Below are positions 1-11,034 of a stretch of DNA of 64,000 nucleotides, one piece after another (within the stretch, counting starts at the first letter, position 1; every line of letters begins with the position of its first letter). A program made the translations under genes and the position numbers. This DNA comes from Opitutales bacterium (GTDB taxonomy: Bacteria > Verrucomicrobiota > Verrucomicrobiia > Opitutales > UBA2987), in NCBI GenBank assembly GCA_965226885.1, contig CBDDEL010000010.1, positions 128,001 to 192,000 of the forward strand, read 5' to 3'. The notes beneath the pieces were generated by a model. That model had not been told where the DNA came from and did no database searches. It was given only the letters and a program-made list of their open reading frames with translations.

Positions 1-1337
1 TTCTTCAATACCCCGATCCGCCCTTCGGTGCTGGCCCGGCGCTTTTGCAATTGTCTGAACAGTGGTTCCTCCATCCGGTTTTTCAACTGCTTCGGATCGC
101 GTGGACAGAGCGCGTCGTAGATTCCCTCCTGGGCTAACTGCCGGCGGGCCCGCTGGGAGGCAAATCCCCGGTCCGCGCACATGGCCGCTATGGGTTCTTC
201 CAGGTTGAAGCGGTTCTGTCTTTGCAAACTCTCTTGCATTTGTTCATTTTCGCTTGGAGTTCGGCTGCCGTAGAGTTTCCAGTCCAGCAGGTACCCTTCA
301 ACGCTTTCTCCCAAAAACAGGGTGTTGCCGAACTCGACCTCTTGGCCCGCTTTACCTCGCACAATCACCTGCCCATCGAGTTCGTAAACACTCAAGACTT
401 TCTCTGCGTTTTTCACCTGGCGGCCGCCAATGATCCGCTCGTGCGCCTGTTTGATGACCACCGGGATTTGCTCGCTCATGCGCTCCATCCGGGCGAGGAT
501 CTGTTGGACCTGTTTTTCGCTGTAATCGCTTTGCTCCCAGCAGGCTTGCAATAATTCCCGGTGACTGCGGGCATGCTCCCCGAGCCGTTTGAGCAGCTTT
601 TTCATCTGCCTCAAGATACCCTTGCGCTGCCGCGCGCTGTCCTTTCGCCGCCGGCTGTGGGTCATCTGTATGCACAGCCGATTCATCTGCCGAGCCAAGG
701 GCTCCGGTTCGATCGGCATGCGATGGCGCACACCGGCCTTCTCGCGGATCAGCCGGATCGCTTTGAGCAACGTGCCGGCTACATCCTTGAGTAATACCCA
801 GTCCGTCGGCCAATGAATGTTAGCCTCCAAACAGGTGCCGTCGATCAGGCAAATGGTGGTGTCAATCGGCTTGTCCAATCCCACCTGCCGGGCCAGAAGG
901 GCATCGCCCACCACCTCAGTCAAGGTCCGGTGCAAGGCCCTCAACTGCTCTTCGCTGAAAAACTTCGAGGCCCGCTCCAGGGTGCTTTTGGAGATGCCCC
1001 TGATGCCATCGATCTGCCGGACACGGCAAAAGTCGGCCAACAGATCGCTGCTGCCCAGAGCCCGCGACAAATGCCGAAACGAAATCCCTCCGAGCAGACG
1101 GCCCAGCGTATCCATGCGCAGTGCCTTGATGGCAAAACTGGCCCGCTGCCGCCGGGCCTTTAGACCCATTGGCGGCCACCCCTCCAAGGCCAGCTCAATG
1201 GCCTGCGATTCCACCTCCGAGTCGATCAGCAGCCGATCGATTCGATCAATGGTGGCGCGGAAGTTATCGTAATCGAGGCACCGGTCGACCACAGTTAAAG
1301 CTGGACGCAGGAGGCATTGGATGGCTATATTTTTCAT
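1..1337 (-). CDS. IS5/ISNCY-like DDE transposase (copy 1; 3' end runs off the window)
   Basis: Starts MKNIAIQCLLRP at 1337. Near-identical to copies at 52403-56391 and 56398-60164, which show motifs IDGTCLEANIHWPTD, ADRGF and RRASTEGRIG. Confidence 0.85.
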   Translation of the reverse strand, partial: MKNIAIQCLLRPALTVVDRCLDYDNFRATIDRIDRLLIDSEVESQAIELALEGWPPMGLKARRQRASFAIKALRMDTLGRLLGGISFRHLSRALGSSDLLADFCRVRQIDGIRGISKSTLERASKFFSEEQLRALHRTLTEVVGDALLARQVGLDKPIDTTICLIDGTCLEANIHWPTDWVLLKDVAGTLLKAIRLIREKAGVRHRMPIEPEPLARQMNRLCIQMTHSRRRKDSARQRKGILRQMKKLLKRLGEHARSHRELLQACWEQSDYSEKQVQQILARMERMSEQIPVVIKQAHERIIGGRQVKNAEKVLSVYELDGQVIVRGKAGQEVEFGNTLFLGESVEGYLLDWKLYGSRTPSENEQMQESLQRQNRFNLEEPIAAMCADRGFASQRARRQLAQEGIYDALCPRDPKQLKNRMEEPLFRQLQKRRASTEGRIGVLK

Positions 1338-1555
1338 AGAAAGGGCTATAGGCGGATCCTCCAGCAGTTGGTCTTCGAGCCCCTGCCGGAACTCTCCGTC
1401 CCAGGCATTTTCTCCGGGCAGGCACTTGATCCGCTCCACCAAAAACTCCCCGCCCTGCGCGCGAGATCAAGCATGAGTTCAGGCCCCACCTGACTCTTCA
1501 TCGCTCCGCGTCGAGTCCGTATGACGTTTCTCGTCTTCTATATTCGGTGTCACAA

Positions 1556-2075
1556 CTAACTGCGGCGTGATGCTTTAGATAACACAACAGAATTTTCGAT
1601 GGGTTTCGTTTCCCATGGCCCGTTTCTCGAACTGCCTTTCGACCCGCTCACTCCTCCTTCGTCGAGCCGCCCCGCCCAATACGAACCGTCCCGGACTGTC
1701 GCAAAGATAAACGGCCACCTGGGCCACCTGATGAGCACTCGTCCCCTGGCTACCAACAATAGGCCATGAAGGCGATGCTCGTAGGAAGATTGCTCGCTTC
1801 GACGGATTTCACCTTGCAAGACCAAGCTAGGGGCGCGCCACGGGCAGCCATCCCTGCACCGGCGTGCCCAACCGGATAGCGCCCCGCGTCTTCAGCGATG
1901 CGGCTTGCGATACGGTTGGCGGCGGCCTTGAGGGAACCGTAGGCGAGGTGGGTGTAGCGGCGGCGGTCTGCACCTTGTTGTGCCGGAGCAGGTTTCCAAT
2001 CATGGGCAGCGCCTCGCCGACCGGAAACCCGTTTCTGGCATAGCTATGTCCAAAAGGTCGTAAATGCGCTACCAA
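1556..2075 (-). pseudogene. Degraded fragments: IS630-like N-terminus and tyrosine integrase C-terminus
   Basis: EIRRSEQSSYEHRLHGLLLVARG (IS630-like) and GEALPMIGNLLRHNKVQT (integrase box II-like), both broken. Confidence 0.5.
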
Positions 2076-2163
2076 AGCTCACGAAAAGAGGCGTGCCGCG
2101 CTTGAAGTCGGGCATCACCCGGGGGGGTTGCCTTCCTAAAGTGCGCCGCGGCGCTGAAGCTCT

Positions 2164-4689
2164 TCAAAAACTGTAGCCGAGCTTTCCGTACCAGAAGGCG
2201 CCATCAAACCCAAAGGGGCAGAACTGGCCGTATTTGTTGCCAGTAGTCGCGGCGGACTTCGGATTTTCGTCAGGGTAATTGTTGAAGACGTTCTGAGCGC
2301 CCGCCGTTAAGGTGATTCGATCCGTAAGGGAGTAGTTGACTTCGAAATCAACGAGGAATTCGTCTCCGTAGGTTTGACTATCCTCGGAATCATGCCAGGA
2401 ACTATAGTAACGGCCGCGGCCCAGCAGATTCCAGCGATCCAGCATGGGCTGCGTCAGGGTTATGGTTGCCCGATGCCTGGGAAGACCCTCCTGTAATTCC
2501 CGGATGCGGACGTCGTTTATCGTCTCGGGGCTGAACTGGGTGACTTCCGTATTCGTGTAGTTATAACCGAGGCTCAGTTCACCCTCCCGCACTCCGGTCG
2601 ACAGAACGACGTCGATGCCGCGGGTTTCCGTGTCAAAGTCATTGATGAAAAAGACGTACTCCACCAGATTGTAGGCGTCGGTGATGCCCGTAGCGAACAA
2701 TTGATCGCGCTCTGCATCCGTAAACTCGAAGTCCTGTGAGAGCGACATGCGGTTCTTCACGTCGATGCCGAAATAATCGACCGTGATTACCGTATTGCCC
2801 ATATCGACAACGAAGCCGATACTGAAGTTGGTCGATTTTTCAGGCGTGAGCGCCTCGCCGCCCCTCCCCATCGCAACGGGATTGGTGGGAGGAATCACGG
2901 CCCTGGTGATTAGTTCCATTCGGTCCGCTTGAAATTCAGTGGTTACGTTGAAAGCGTTTTGCTGACCGGGAGTGGGGGCCCGGAAACCGGTGTTGAAGCT
3001 CCCGCGCACCTTCAGATTCTCGTTGATGCCGTAGGTGGTCGCCAGCTTATAGTTGATTGTGCCTCCGAAATCATTGAATTCTTCATAGCGCAAAGCGGCG
3101 GCAACCAACCAGTCGTCGGTCAGCTCGTATTCCGCGTCCACGTAGACGGCATAGTTGGAGCGGTCCCATATACCGGCGGCGCTATCACCGAAACCCGAGA
3201 AACCGTTGGAAGCACCCCTGAATCCCTGCTGATGCAGAGCCTGGCCGATCGCATATGACTCGGGTTGCCCCCTCACGATTTCAAACTCCTCGACACGGTA
3301 TTCGAAGCCACTGGCGAGGAACAACTGCTCGCTTAGCGGATAGGTCACGCCAAAGTTGAGGTTGATTTCGGTCTGAATATAATCACCGGGATCGAAATAA
3401 GTCGGAGTATCGGGGCCGAGAGAGGCGTTGACGGTATTAAAGATAAAGAAATCAGTGTGATGACGCCCGTAAGCAGCGCTGAAATCCAAGCCGAGTTTCG
3501 ATCCGGTTGTTCTCACCCCGGCGACAATGGATTGGTCCTTCGCGTACCCGCCAAAGCGGGGCGTGAAACCGCCGGGGAAGAGTTCCTGAAAGGTGAACAG
3601 ATTGGGATCGTCGAACACCTGTTGCAAAGCGACGGGGTCCGGCACATGGTTAGTTATCGTTACCACAGGGACCTTGGACTCATCGCCATCCAAAGCGCCC
3701 ACCAGCAACGTTTTTCCGGCGTCATTACTGAATACGCCGCGTCGCGTATTGGGATTGCGGTAATAGAACCCGCCCTCCACTTCCTTGCTCGCGTAGTTGG
3801 CATGACCGTAGAACTCGAGGTTCCCGCCTATGGCGGCGCCGTAATTGGCAAACAATTTGAGATCGTCCCGAACGAAGGGTTGACCCCAGATTTGAGCGGG
3901 ATTCGCCACCTCGCTGTTTCCCACCGCGATCAGAGCAGCGGCGTCATCTCGCTGCACGGAGCGGATGGTCTCGCCAGAGTTGCCGTACTCCCCGCTGAGA
4001 TTGATCCAGGCCTTTTCGCTGCCCAAGCCGATATTGCCGGCGATGGAAACTGCTTCGCCGCCACCGTCCTGGTAAATCCCCGTTCGAACGATGAGAGACC
4101 CTCCTTCGTAACTGTCGTTGAGCTCGAAGTTCAACACCCCCGCAATGGCATCGGAACCGTACTGCGCCGAAGCTCCGTCGCGCAGCACTTCAATCCGTTT
4201 CAGAGCGAGCGCGGGAATGGGGGCTACATCGGGCCCCTGTGCGCCATCGGCGACGCCGTTGCCCAACCAGTGAATCACGGACGCGCGGTGGCGGCGCTTG
4301 CCGTTGATGAGCACCAGCGTATGGTCCGGCGGCAGCCCGCGTATATTGAGCGGCCGAACGATCGTCGAGGAGTCGCTGATCGGCTGGGTATTGACGTTGT
4401 AAGAGGGGATGACGTTCCTCAATAGATCCTGTAAATCAGTGAAGCCTTGCATGGTGAGGGATTCGCCGGCGAATGTATCGACGGGCACCGCTGAATCAAC
4501 CACCGAACGCGGCTCCGCCCGCGAACCGATGATGACCAGTTCTTCGAGGACCTGCAGATTCTCGGAGTCGTCCCGGGGCTCGGACGGGGCTGGGGTCGAG
4601 TGAACGCTTTCGGGCTGCAGCACCTCCTGCGCGAAGGCATTTAAAGGAAGCAATGCAAGTATGGTAAGAGTAATTGTAGAAAGTCTCAT
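2164..4689 (-). CDS. TonB-dependent outer-membrane receptor, substrate unknown
   Basis: Signal peptide MRLSTITL..AFA, TonB-box-like ELVIIGSR, plug motif IRGL..TLVLINGKR, RIEVLRDGASAQYGSDAIAGV, and C-terminal Phe. Confidence 0.93.
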   Translation of the reverse strand: MRLSTITLTILALLPLNAFAQEVLQPESVHSTPAPSEPRDDSENLQVLEELVIIGSRAEPRSVVDSAVPVDTFAGESLTMQGFTDLQDLLRNVIPSYNVNTQPISDSSTIVRPLNIRGLPPDHTLVLINGKRRHRASVIHWLGNGVADGAQGPDVAPIPALALKRIEVLRDGASAQYGSDAIAGVLNFELNDSYEGGSLIVRTGIYQDGGGEAVSIAGNIGLGSEKAWINLSGEYGNSGETIRSVQRDDAAALIAVGNSEVANPAQIWGQPFVRDDLKLFANYGAAIGGNLEFYGHANYASKEVEGGFYYRNPNTRRGVFSNDAGKTLLVGALDGDESKVPVVTITNHVPDPVALQQVFDDPNLFTFQELFPGGFTPRFGGYAKDQSIVAGVRTTGSKLGLDFSAAYGRHHTDFFIFNTVNASLGPDTPTYFDPGDYIQTEINLNFGVTYPLSEQLFLASGFEYRVEEFEIVRGQPESYAIGQALHQQGFRGASNGFSGFGDSAAGIWDRSNYAVYVDAEYELTDDWLVAAALRYEEFNDFGGTINYKLATTYGINENLKVRGSFNTGFRAPTPGQQNAFNVTTEFQADRMELITRAVIPPTNPVAMGRGGEALTPEKSTNFSIGFVVDMGNTVITVDYFGIDVKNRMSLSQDFEFTDAERDQLFATGITDAYNLVEYVFFINDFDTETRGIDVVLSTGVREGELSLGYNYTNTEVTQFSPETINDVRIRELQEGLPRHRATITLTQPMLDRWNLLGRGRYYSSWHDSEDSQTYGDEFLVDFEVNYSLTDRITLTAGAQNVFNNYPDENPKSAATTGNKYGQFCPFGFDGAFWYGKLGYSF

Positions 4690-4770
4690 TGGTATCTGAA
4701 TATGACCATTACACCACTCAACCAACTCGAGGTCAAGTCCGGATTCTACTGCCAGGGTAGAAAGATTCTA

Positions 4771-5114
4771 GGTTCCTCGACGTTTTCAGTGGTACATTGC
4801 GGAGGGGATGTTGAGTTTACCGACGGCGAAGTGGAGCATGGTGATTAGCTTCTTTAGTGGTGTGATGGCCTCTGGCTTTGCGTTTGGTTGCGCTAAAGAC
4901 ACTGTTGAGTTCTTCAATGCAGGTATTGGTGAAGTGCGATTCCCAGTGGGCGAGGGTTTCCTCTTGGTGATTTTCGATTATGTTGGCCCATGGGTTTAAG
5001 GAAGCCTCGCCATGATGCTTACACATTGCGGTAATAACGTTCGAAATAGGTACTCAGGTTGCGTCTTCTCAGTAAAGGATATTGTGCCAGTACCACTGAA
5101 AACGTCGAGGAACC
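4771..5114. mobile_element. ISL3-derived MITE / internally deleted IS (344 bp)
   Basis: Perfect 25-bp terminal IRs GGTTCCTCGACGTTTTCAGTGGTAC and 8-bp TSD AGATTCTA. Internal remnant TN..EELNSVFSATKRKARG resembles an ISL3 transposase C-terminus. Confidence 0.85.
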
Positions 5115-5217
5115 AGATTCTAAGACGCAACTAGCTGATAAGCAGCTGATAAGCAAAAAGATAAAAAAAGAGCTAGACAATCCCGAATAAATCAGTCATG
5201 TTAAGATGGTATGAAAG

Positions 5218-6917
5218 CCGAGATTTCCCATATGAACATTCGTAATCGTTGAAAATAGCTACTTTCTAATATTTCGATCCAATTTTCTGCTTTCAATGTG
5301 ATTTTGCAATCCTTTCCTTGGTTATTTGATGATCAAATCGGCAGTATTTAACAATTATTGCTGATTTTCCCTTTGCTTGGTCAAATCAGGGAAAGATATT
5401 TCCTTCTGTTGGAGGTTTCCACAGCACTGATTCCCACAGCACTGATTCCTTTTGTATCGAAAAATCTTCTTACTCACCCCGTATCAGGTGCGAGTCGCAG
5501 TCGCTCTACTCGCTTGAGCATGGTTCGAAACATTTCTCTTGGGATGGCCACCTCAGCCATCTGGAAAGTGATATACTTGGCATGGTGGATCACCTTTGCT
5601 CCGATTTTGATGAGTTTCTCCCGCAAAGAGCTCAGCATCTAGTGCTTCACCTTGCCAGGAAGAATCAACCGGCGCATGAAGTTGCCCAGATTGTAGGCTA
5701 AGCCGAAGAGCTGAAGCCGAACGGCATTGTCCTCAAAGTCATGGCAGGACAAGCGGGTCCAGTGGATGGCATGTTTGCCCTCTTTGATCCACTGCTCTGC
5801 GGTGCCCCGGTGGTTGTAAAATTTCACTACCTTCCTGGGTGGCCAGTTCAGATTTGTCACGATGAAACCGACCCGCGCAAATAACTCTCCGGCCTGCCAC
5901 TCGACCTTGGCCACCACCCGGCGAGGTCTCTGCCAACTAGCGGCTTGATACGGAAAACTGGCATAAAACACCTTGGGTGCCCACGAGGGTCGCCCCACTG
6001 GCCGAGTGAGTAAAGGGGCGATATGTTTTTGTAAAATCGTGTTGCTCTGCAGCCGAATGGCATAGGAGAAGTTCTCTTGCTCAAGGTAACCGTAGAGGTC
6101 CGGATTGGCGAAGGCTGCGTCACCTCGGAAAAATCGTTTCAGGGGACAGTCACGATAGCGGGCAACGACCGGTTGGAGCACCGACAACCAATCGTCGGCA
6201 CTGTGCACATTGCCTTTACGCAGGTTGGCCCGTTCCAGATCACCAAACTGGTTGAAGCAGAACAGGGGATGGTAACAGGTGCAGCCGAAATGACCGTTGA
6301 AGGCTGAGCCTTCCTGCTTCCCGTAAGTAGGGCTCTCCGAACTATCCATATCGAGAATCAATTTTTTCATCCCCACTCGCCTATTCACCTGGTCGATCCA
6401 TTGACCACTCATGTCCATCAGTGCGCTCAGATTCGCAGGCTTGGTTAACATCTGTGTTTCAAAGCGGCTCATTTCACTGGGCGAAGCCGCCGGTTGCCAA
6501 TCGGCACGACCCCCGACAATCTGCCTCATGACCGGATCAAAGCGCAGGCGCTCCGCATCGTTCGTATCTTTGTATCCTGCCAGGCGACTAAAGACAGACT
6601 GCCGAAGCAGAGCCGTTCTGCCGTGCTGGATATTTTTGCCCGTGCGCTCCTCCACCACATTTTTGCTTCCTATTGCAGTCAGCCCGAAAGCCTCATCGAG
6701 TTCCCGGTAGAGTAACAATCCTGCATCACTGGTAACCTTCGCACCGTGGAACTCCAACTTGATTCGGCGGTTGAATTGAACCCGAAAACTGCTCTTTTTT
6801 GCGTCACCCATTGGATTTTAAGAATTTGCTCGTTATAAGTATATTTAAGTAACTTATTATTAAACACATAGCGCTTATTTCAAGCTAATTTTCTTATGAT
6901 GAAATGGGAAATATGGG
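5218..6917 (-). mobile_element. IS1380 family element type A, copy 1
   Basis: Ends CCGAGATTTCCCAT / ATGGGAAATATGGG, with transposase inside. Confidence 0.9.
5474..6811 (-). pseudogene. IS1380 transposase with a nonsense mutation
   Basis: Motifs TSDAGLL, LDMDSS, RGDAAF and YNHRGTAEQWIKE. TGG>TAG at about 5640 relative to copy 2. Confidence 0.88.
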
Positions 6918-7049
6918 CTATATTGATTTTCGCTAACTCAATTATAGAACCCTTTTTTGGCCGGATCGAGCAAAAACTTGCTCTTTCCGGCTCTTTTTAT
7001 CAACGTCATCCAGTTGACTATAAAATCTTTATATTTTTGGGACAGCCTC
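6918..7049 (-). mobile_element. Left end of IS5-like copy 1
   Basis: Matches 56260-56391 and ends TTTTGGGACAGCCTC. Confidence 0.88.
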
Positions 7050-7051
7050 TA

Positions 7052-7143
7052 GGTACAGATTGTTTTGCGTTCCGACTGCAAGACGTTAGGGAACCGGTTA
7101 AAATGGCACATAAGCAAAGACTGCTTACTATTCGAGTATTCAT
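7052..7143 (-). pseudogene. 5' end of first integron cassette gene (lipoprotein), interrupted by the IS5-like element
   Basis: Manual translation MNTRIVSSLCLCAILTGSLTSCSRNAKQSVP with lipobox-like LTSC and upstream AGGTGG. Confidence 0.6.
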
Positions 7144-7164
7144 AATGTTCCACCTGTTGTTATT

Positions 7165-7200
7165 TTCATCTAACTATATGTAGGCGGCAAATACGCCGCG
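7165..7200 (-). promoter_or_regulatory. Putative attI site
   Basis: GTTAGAT (GTTRRRY core) at 7174-7168 on the minus strand, upstream of and divergent from intI and just before the cassette ORF. Confidence 0.55.
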
Positions 7201-7410
7201 ACAATTATGTACATTATCCTTTCGGCCAATTTATTCAATAATATTCGTAAATCTATGATAAACAACAGGATCACAAGGTTATGCCTGAAAAGGAGCAAAA
7301 TGATATGCGTCATTTCTGCCGCCTAATTGAAAACAATTACGCCGCCTATTAAATAAATTAATTAAATGCGTTGACGCATCATTTTATATATATACATTTG
7401 TTCACTTATT

Positions 7411-10400
7411 ATGCAATTTACTTCTCCAAAATTGAAATTTCTCGACCTTCTACGACATGAGATTCGCGGCCGGCACTACAGCTACAGAACCGAGCAAGCC
7501 TATGTTTACTGGACCAAAAGGTATATCCTGCACCATCACAAAAGACATCCTAAGGATATGGTGGCCAAAGAGATAAAGGAATTCCTAGCTTATTTAAGCG
7601 TCAATAAGCATGTTTCGGCAAGCACACAAAACCAGGCTTTCAGCGCCCTAATTTTCCTCTACCGGGAATTCCTTAAGGTCGATCCGGAGCGAATTGAAGG
7701 GGTGATACGTTCAAAAAGACCAAAGCGAATACCTACAGTATTGTCACGCGAAGAGGTTCAAGCGATTTTCAGCAGTATGGAAGGAGTTCCACAGTTGATT
7801 GCCAAATTGTTGTATGGTAGCGGATTGCGTCTGAGGGAGGCTCTCTGTTTAAGAATTAAAGATGTCGACTGGCACCTGAATCAAATCACCATAATCGACG
7901 GCAAAGTGTAAACGCCGGGATGAAACCGGTACGGGGGTCGGGGTAAAACCGGTACGCTTGGAATAAGGTTTAGGTTAGTAATTGCAGGTACGTCAAGGTT
8001 TAGGGTTTGGGAGTTGGTTTTGGGGATTGGCTTGGGGTCGGTGAGGAGGCCGGAGGCCGACGAGCCGGGCCCAAGGCGTTTATTGTTTTGTGCCACGGCG
8101 ACGGCGTCGAGCATCGCGCAAGCGGTAGCTTTGCCCGTTGGCTTCGAGGATATGCACCCGATGGGTGAGTCGGTCCAGCAGAGCTCCGGTGAGCCGTTCG
8201 GAACCGAGCACTTCGATCCAGTTCTCAAAGGGCAGGTTGGTGGTGACGATGAGACTGGTGCGCTCGTAAGCGCGGCTGACCACGTCGAAGAGCAGTTCGG
8301 AACCGGTCTTGGAAAAAGGGACGTAACCGAGTTCGTCGAGGATGAGTAGGTCGAGCCTTTCGAGTTGCTTCATGAAGCGCTGCAGGTCGTGGTTGTCGCG
8401 TTGCTCGAGCATATGGGTAACCAGGGCGGTGACCCCGAAGAAACGGATCCGCCGGCCCTGGGCACAGGCGGCAAAGCCCAGGGCGGTGGCCAGGTGCGTT
8501 TTACCGGTACCGGCGTTACCGAGGAGCAGCACGTTTTCGCGCTGGTCGACATACTCCCCGCGCATGAGCTCTCGGATGAGCGCTTCGTTGATCGAGGGCT
8601 GCGCTTCAAAGGCGAAGCTCTCGAGGGTCTTGAGCACGGGGAAACGGGCGTTTTTGATCCGCCGCTGGGCGGCCCGCTGTTCGCGTTCAATGAGCTCCCG
8701 TTCGACCAGATGCAACAAAAAGGCGGCGTAATCGAGCCGGTCCCGGGAACAAGCCGCGGCCACCGCCGGCCATTCGCGCAGGATGGTGGGCAACTTCAGT
8801 TTCTTGAGGTGATGGTGTAACAGCAGCTGGTTTTTTTCTTCCTTCATAAAGCCCCTCCTGGAATCTTGAGCAGTTCGCTGTAGGCACCGAGGTCAGGGGC
8901 GGCCACACGGACGTGACGCAGGTGTGGATGGCCGTCCAGCCGGAAGGTTCTGCTCCCGTAGTCTTCCTGAGGATAGAGATACTGGGCGATGGCCTCACGA
9001 GTCAGTCCCCCCCCACCCGCAGGGCCGAGACGACGGCCTGCTGCAAGGCCGCCATGGGGTGTTTCTCCAACAGCCGCAGCACCCGGATATACTCCCGGGT
9101 GCCTTCGCCCCCGCATTGGCTTTCGAGCCGGCGTCTGAGGACCTGCAGGCACTGCGGCAACTGCCAGCCCGAGAGTGGGCGGGCGAAGTCCAAAGCGCCC
9201 GGTTTTTTCTCCAGCAAAGCCAGGTAGTGCACCGGCTCGAAAGAGACTTGCTCTTTATCCCAAATGCGGCGGTGCCGGGCCACCTCTTGGCCCCCACAGA
9301 AGATCACCACCTGCCGACAGGACCCTTCCACCACCACCGGATGGTGGGCGCAGCGCACCGGCACCGAATAGTCGTTGCACTCGAAGCGCACCAGCGAGAG
9401 GCTGCTGACGCAGGTCGAGCGTTTGCGGCTCGCTTCAAAGGGTATGGGCGGCAACGCCAGCATGACGGCGCGCTCCTCGGCCAGCAGTTCCTTTTTCACC
9501 GCCCTTTTCCCGCGTAATTTACGCTCCATGTCCCGCTCACATGCCTCCAACAGCTTTGCGTTGAGTTCCTCCAGGTCCCGAACCTGCGGTACCGGTACCA
9601 GGAAGTTGGCCCGGGCATAACGCACGATCCCCTCGACCACGCCCTTCTCGTTGGGCCGGGCGGGCAGACAGAAGTGTTCCTCGAACAGGTAATGGCTCTG
9701 TAGCTGCAGAAACCCGTCGGTCAGCTTGCGTTCACGCGAACCGATAATCTTACCCACCGCCACCTTCGAGTTGTCATAGCTGATGCGCCGGGGCACCGCC
9801 CCGAAAAACTCAAAAGCTCGCAGGGGCCCCTCCCAGAAGCTCTCCGTGCACTCCCGTTCGAACACCTGCACGAAAAAGGCATCGCTGTAGGGCAGGCTCA
9901 TGGCAAAAAATGGCCGCCTACGCAATTGCCCCGCCTCCTTCACCAGGGCATGACCGAAGTCCACCTGTCCCTCCCCGGGGCGGTGCTCCAGCGGCACGAA
10001 CACTTCCCGCCGCCTCGCTCGCAGCTCGGCCACCACCTCCTTGACCGCCGTGTAGCCCCCTTGGTAGCCCTTCTCCCGACCCAAACGCTGGTAGATCCGT
10101 TTGGCCGTATGGCGCTGCTTCTTGGGCACGTTCCGGTCCGCTTTGAGCACCTCCTCGATCCAGCCCACATACGGATCGATCTTGCGCTCTCGCCTCTTCT
10201 TGCGCCGGTCTCCCGGCGGCTGGGAATAGGCCAGCATCTTTCCCAGGGTCTCCCAGTGCAGTCCCTCTTCTCGCATTACAGAGCGCTTGCTCTGCTTGTC
10301 CCGCAGCACTTTGTGCCGCACTCTTGTCCATTGCTTCATATCTCGATACACTCCTCCTTTCTAGGATAAGCGTACCGGTTTTAAAGCGCCCTCTTTACCG

Positions 10401-10907
10401 TACCGGTTTTTCCCCGGCGTTTACAGCAAAGGCATGAAAAGCCGGGTCACCGTGCTGCCGGACCCGCTCAAACCCCCATTGCTAGAACATATTGATCGGG
10501 CGAGGTTACTTTATCAATTGGACCAGAGTAAGAAACATCCGGGGGTTCAAGTTCCATTCGCGCTGGATAGGAAATATCCGAATCTTGGTAAAGAATGGGG
10601 ATGGTTCTGGCTTTTCCCGGCCAGAACATTATCCCGAGACCCGGTGAGCGGAATCATTCGAAGACACCACTTTCATCCCACAACCCTCCAGAGGGCGGTA
10701 AAGAGAGCCTCACAGTTGGCTGGGATTATTAAACATATTAGCTGTCACACATTTCGGCACAGCTTTGCCACCCATCTACTTGAGGACGGCTACGATATTA
10801 GAACGGTTCAGGAACTGCTGGGACATAGCAATGTCACCACGACGATGATCTACACCCATGTTCTGAATCGCGGCGGACTATGCGTGAAGAGTCCGCTGAG
10901 GGTTTGA
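7411..10907 (+). pseudogene. intI: Integron integrase interrupted by IS21 (7411-7906 + 10432-10907)
   Basis: HYSYRTEQAY, SASTQNQA, LLYGSGLR, IntI-specific [45 protein letters not shown]. The frame rejoins as DGK|GMKSR. Confidence 0.95.
7907..10425 (-). mobile_element. IS21 family element copy 1 (istA frameshifted near 9010; istB 8080-8847)
   Basis: TGTAAACGCCGGG...CCCGGCGTTTACA ends, internal AAACCGGTACG repeats and 6-bp TSD GCAAAG. Two extra C relative to the other copies. Confidence 0.95.
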
Positions 10908-11034
10908 TTAACCGGTGATGGCTGCCTTCGATCAGATAGCCCAAAACGGAGTGCCAAAAAAGCTTGAATAAGGAGTCGCACCATTCATTGCAAACCCCTG
11001 AGACATTCCCAACAGTCAAGACCAATGATTAACG

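Larger units (their letters stand above)
1351..6917 (-). mobile_element. Putative IS1380 one-ended transposition unit carrying a TonB-dependent receptor
   Basis: CTATA duplicated at 1346-1350 and 6918-6922. The uninterrupted target aagggCTATAttgatttt is seen near 56255 and 60022. Confidence 0.75.

Noticed and set aside
2929..4425. Long antisense ORFs over the receptor, the glycosidase, gpgS and the IS genes
   Set aside because: These are shadow frames of GC-rich coding sequence.
1343..6922. 8-bp duplication GGGCTATA
   Set aside because: The GGG at 6915-6917 belongs to the IS1380 terminal IR, so the duplication is better read as 5 bp.
7395..7415. LexA box upstream of intI
   Set aside because: Only a TGTTC half-site is visible, with no matching second half.
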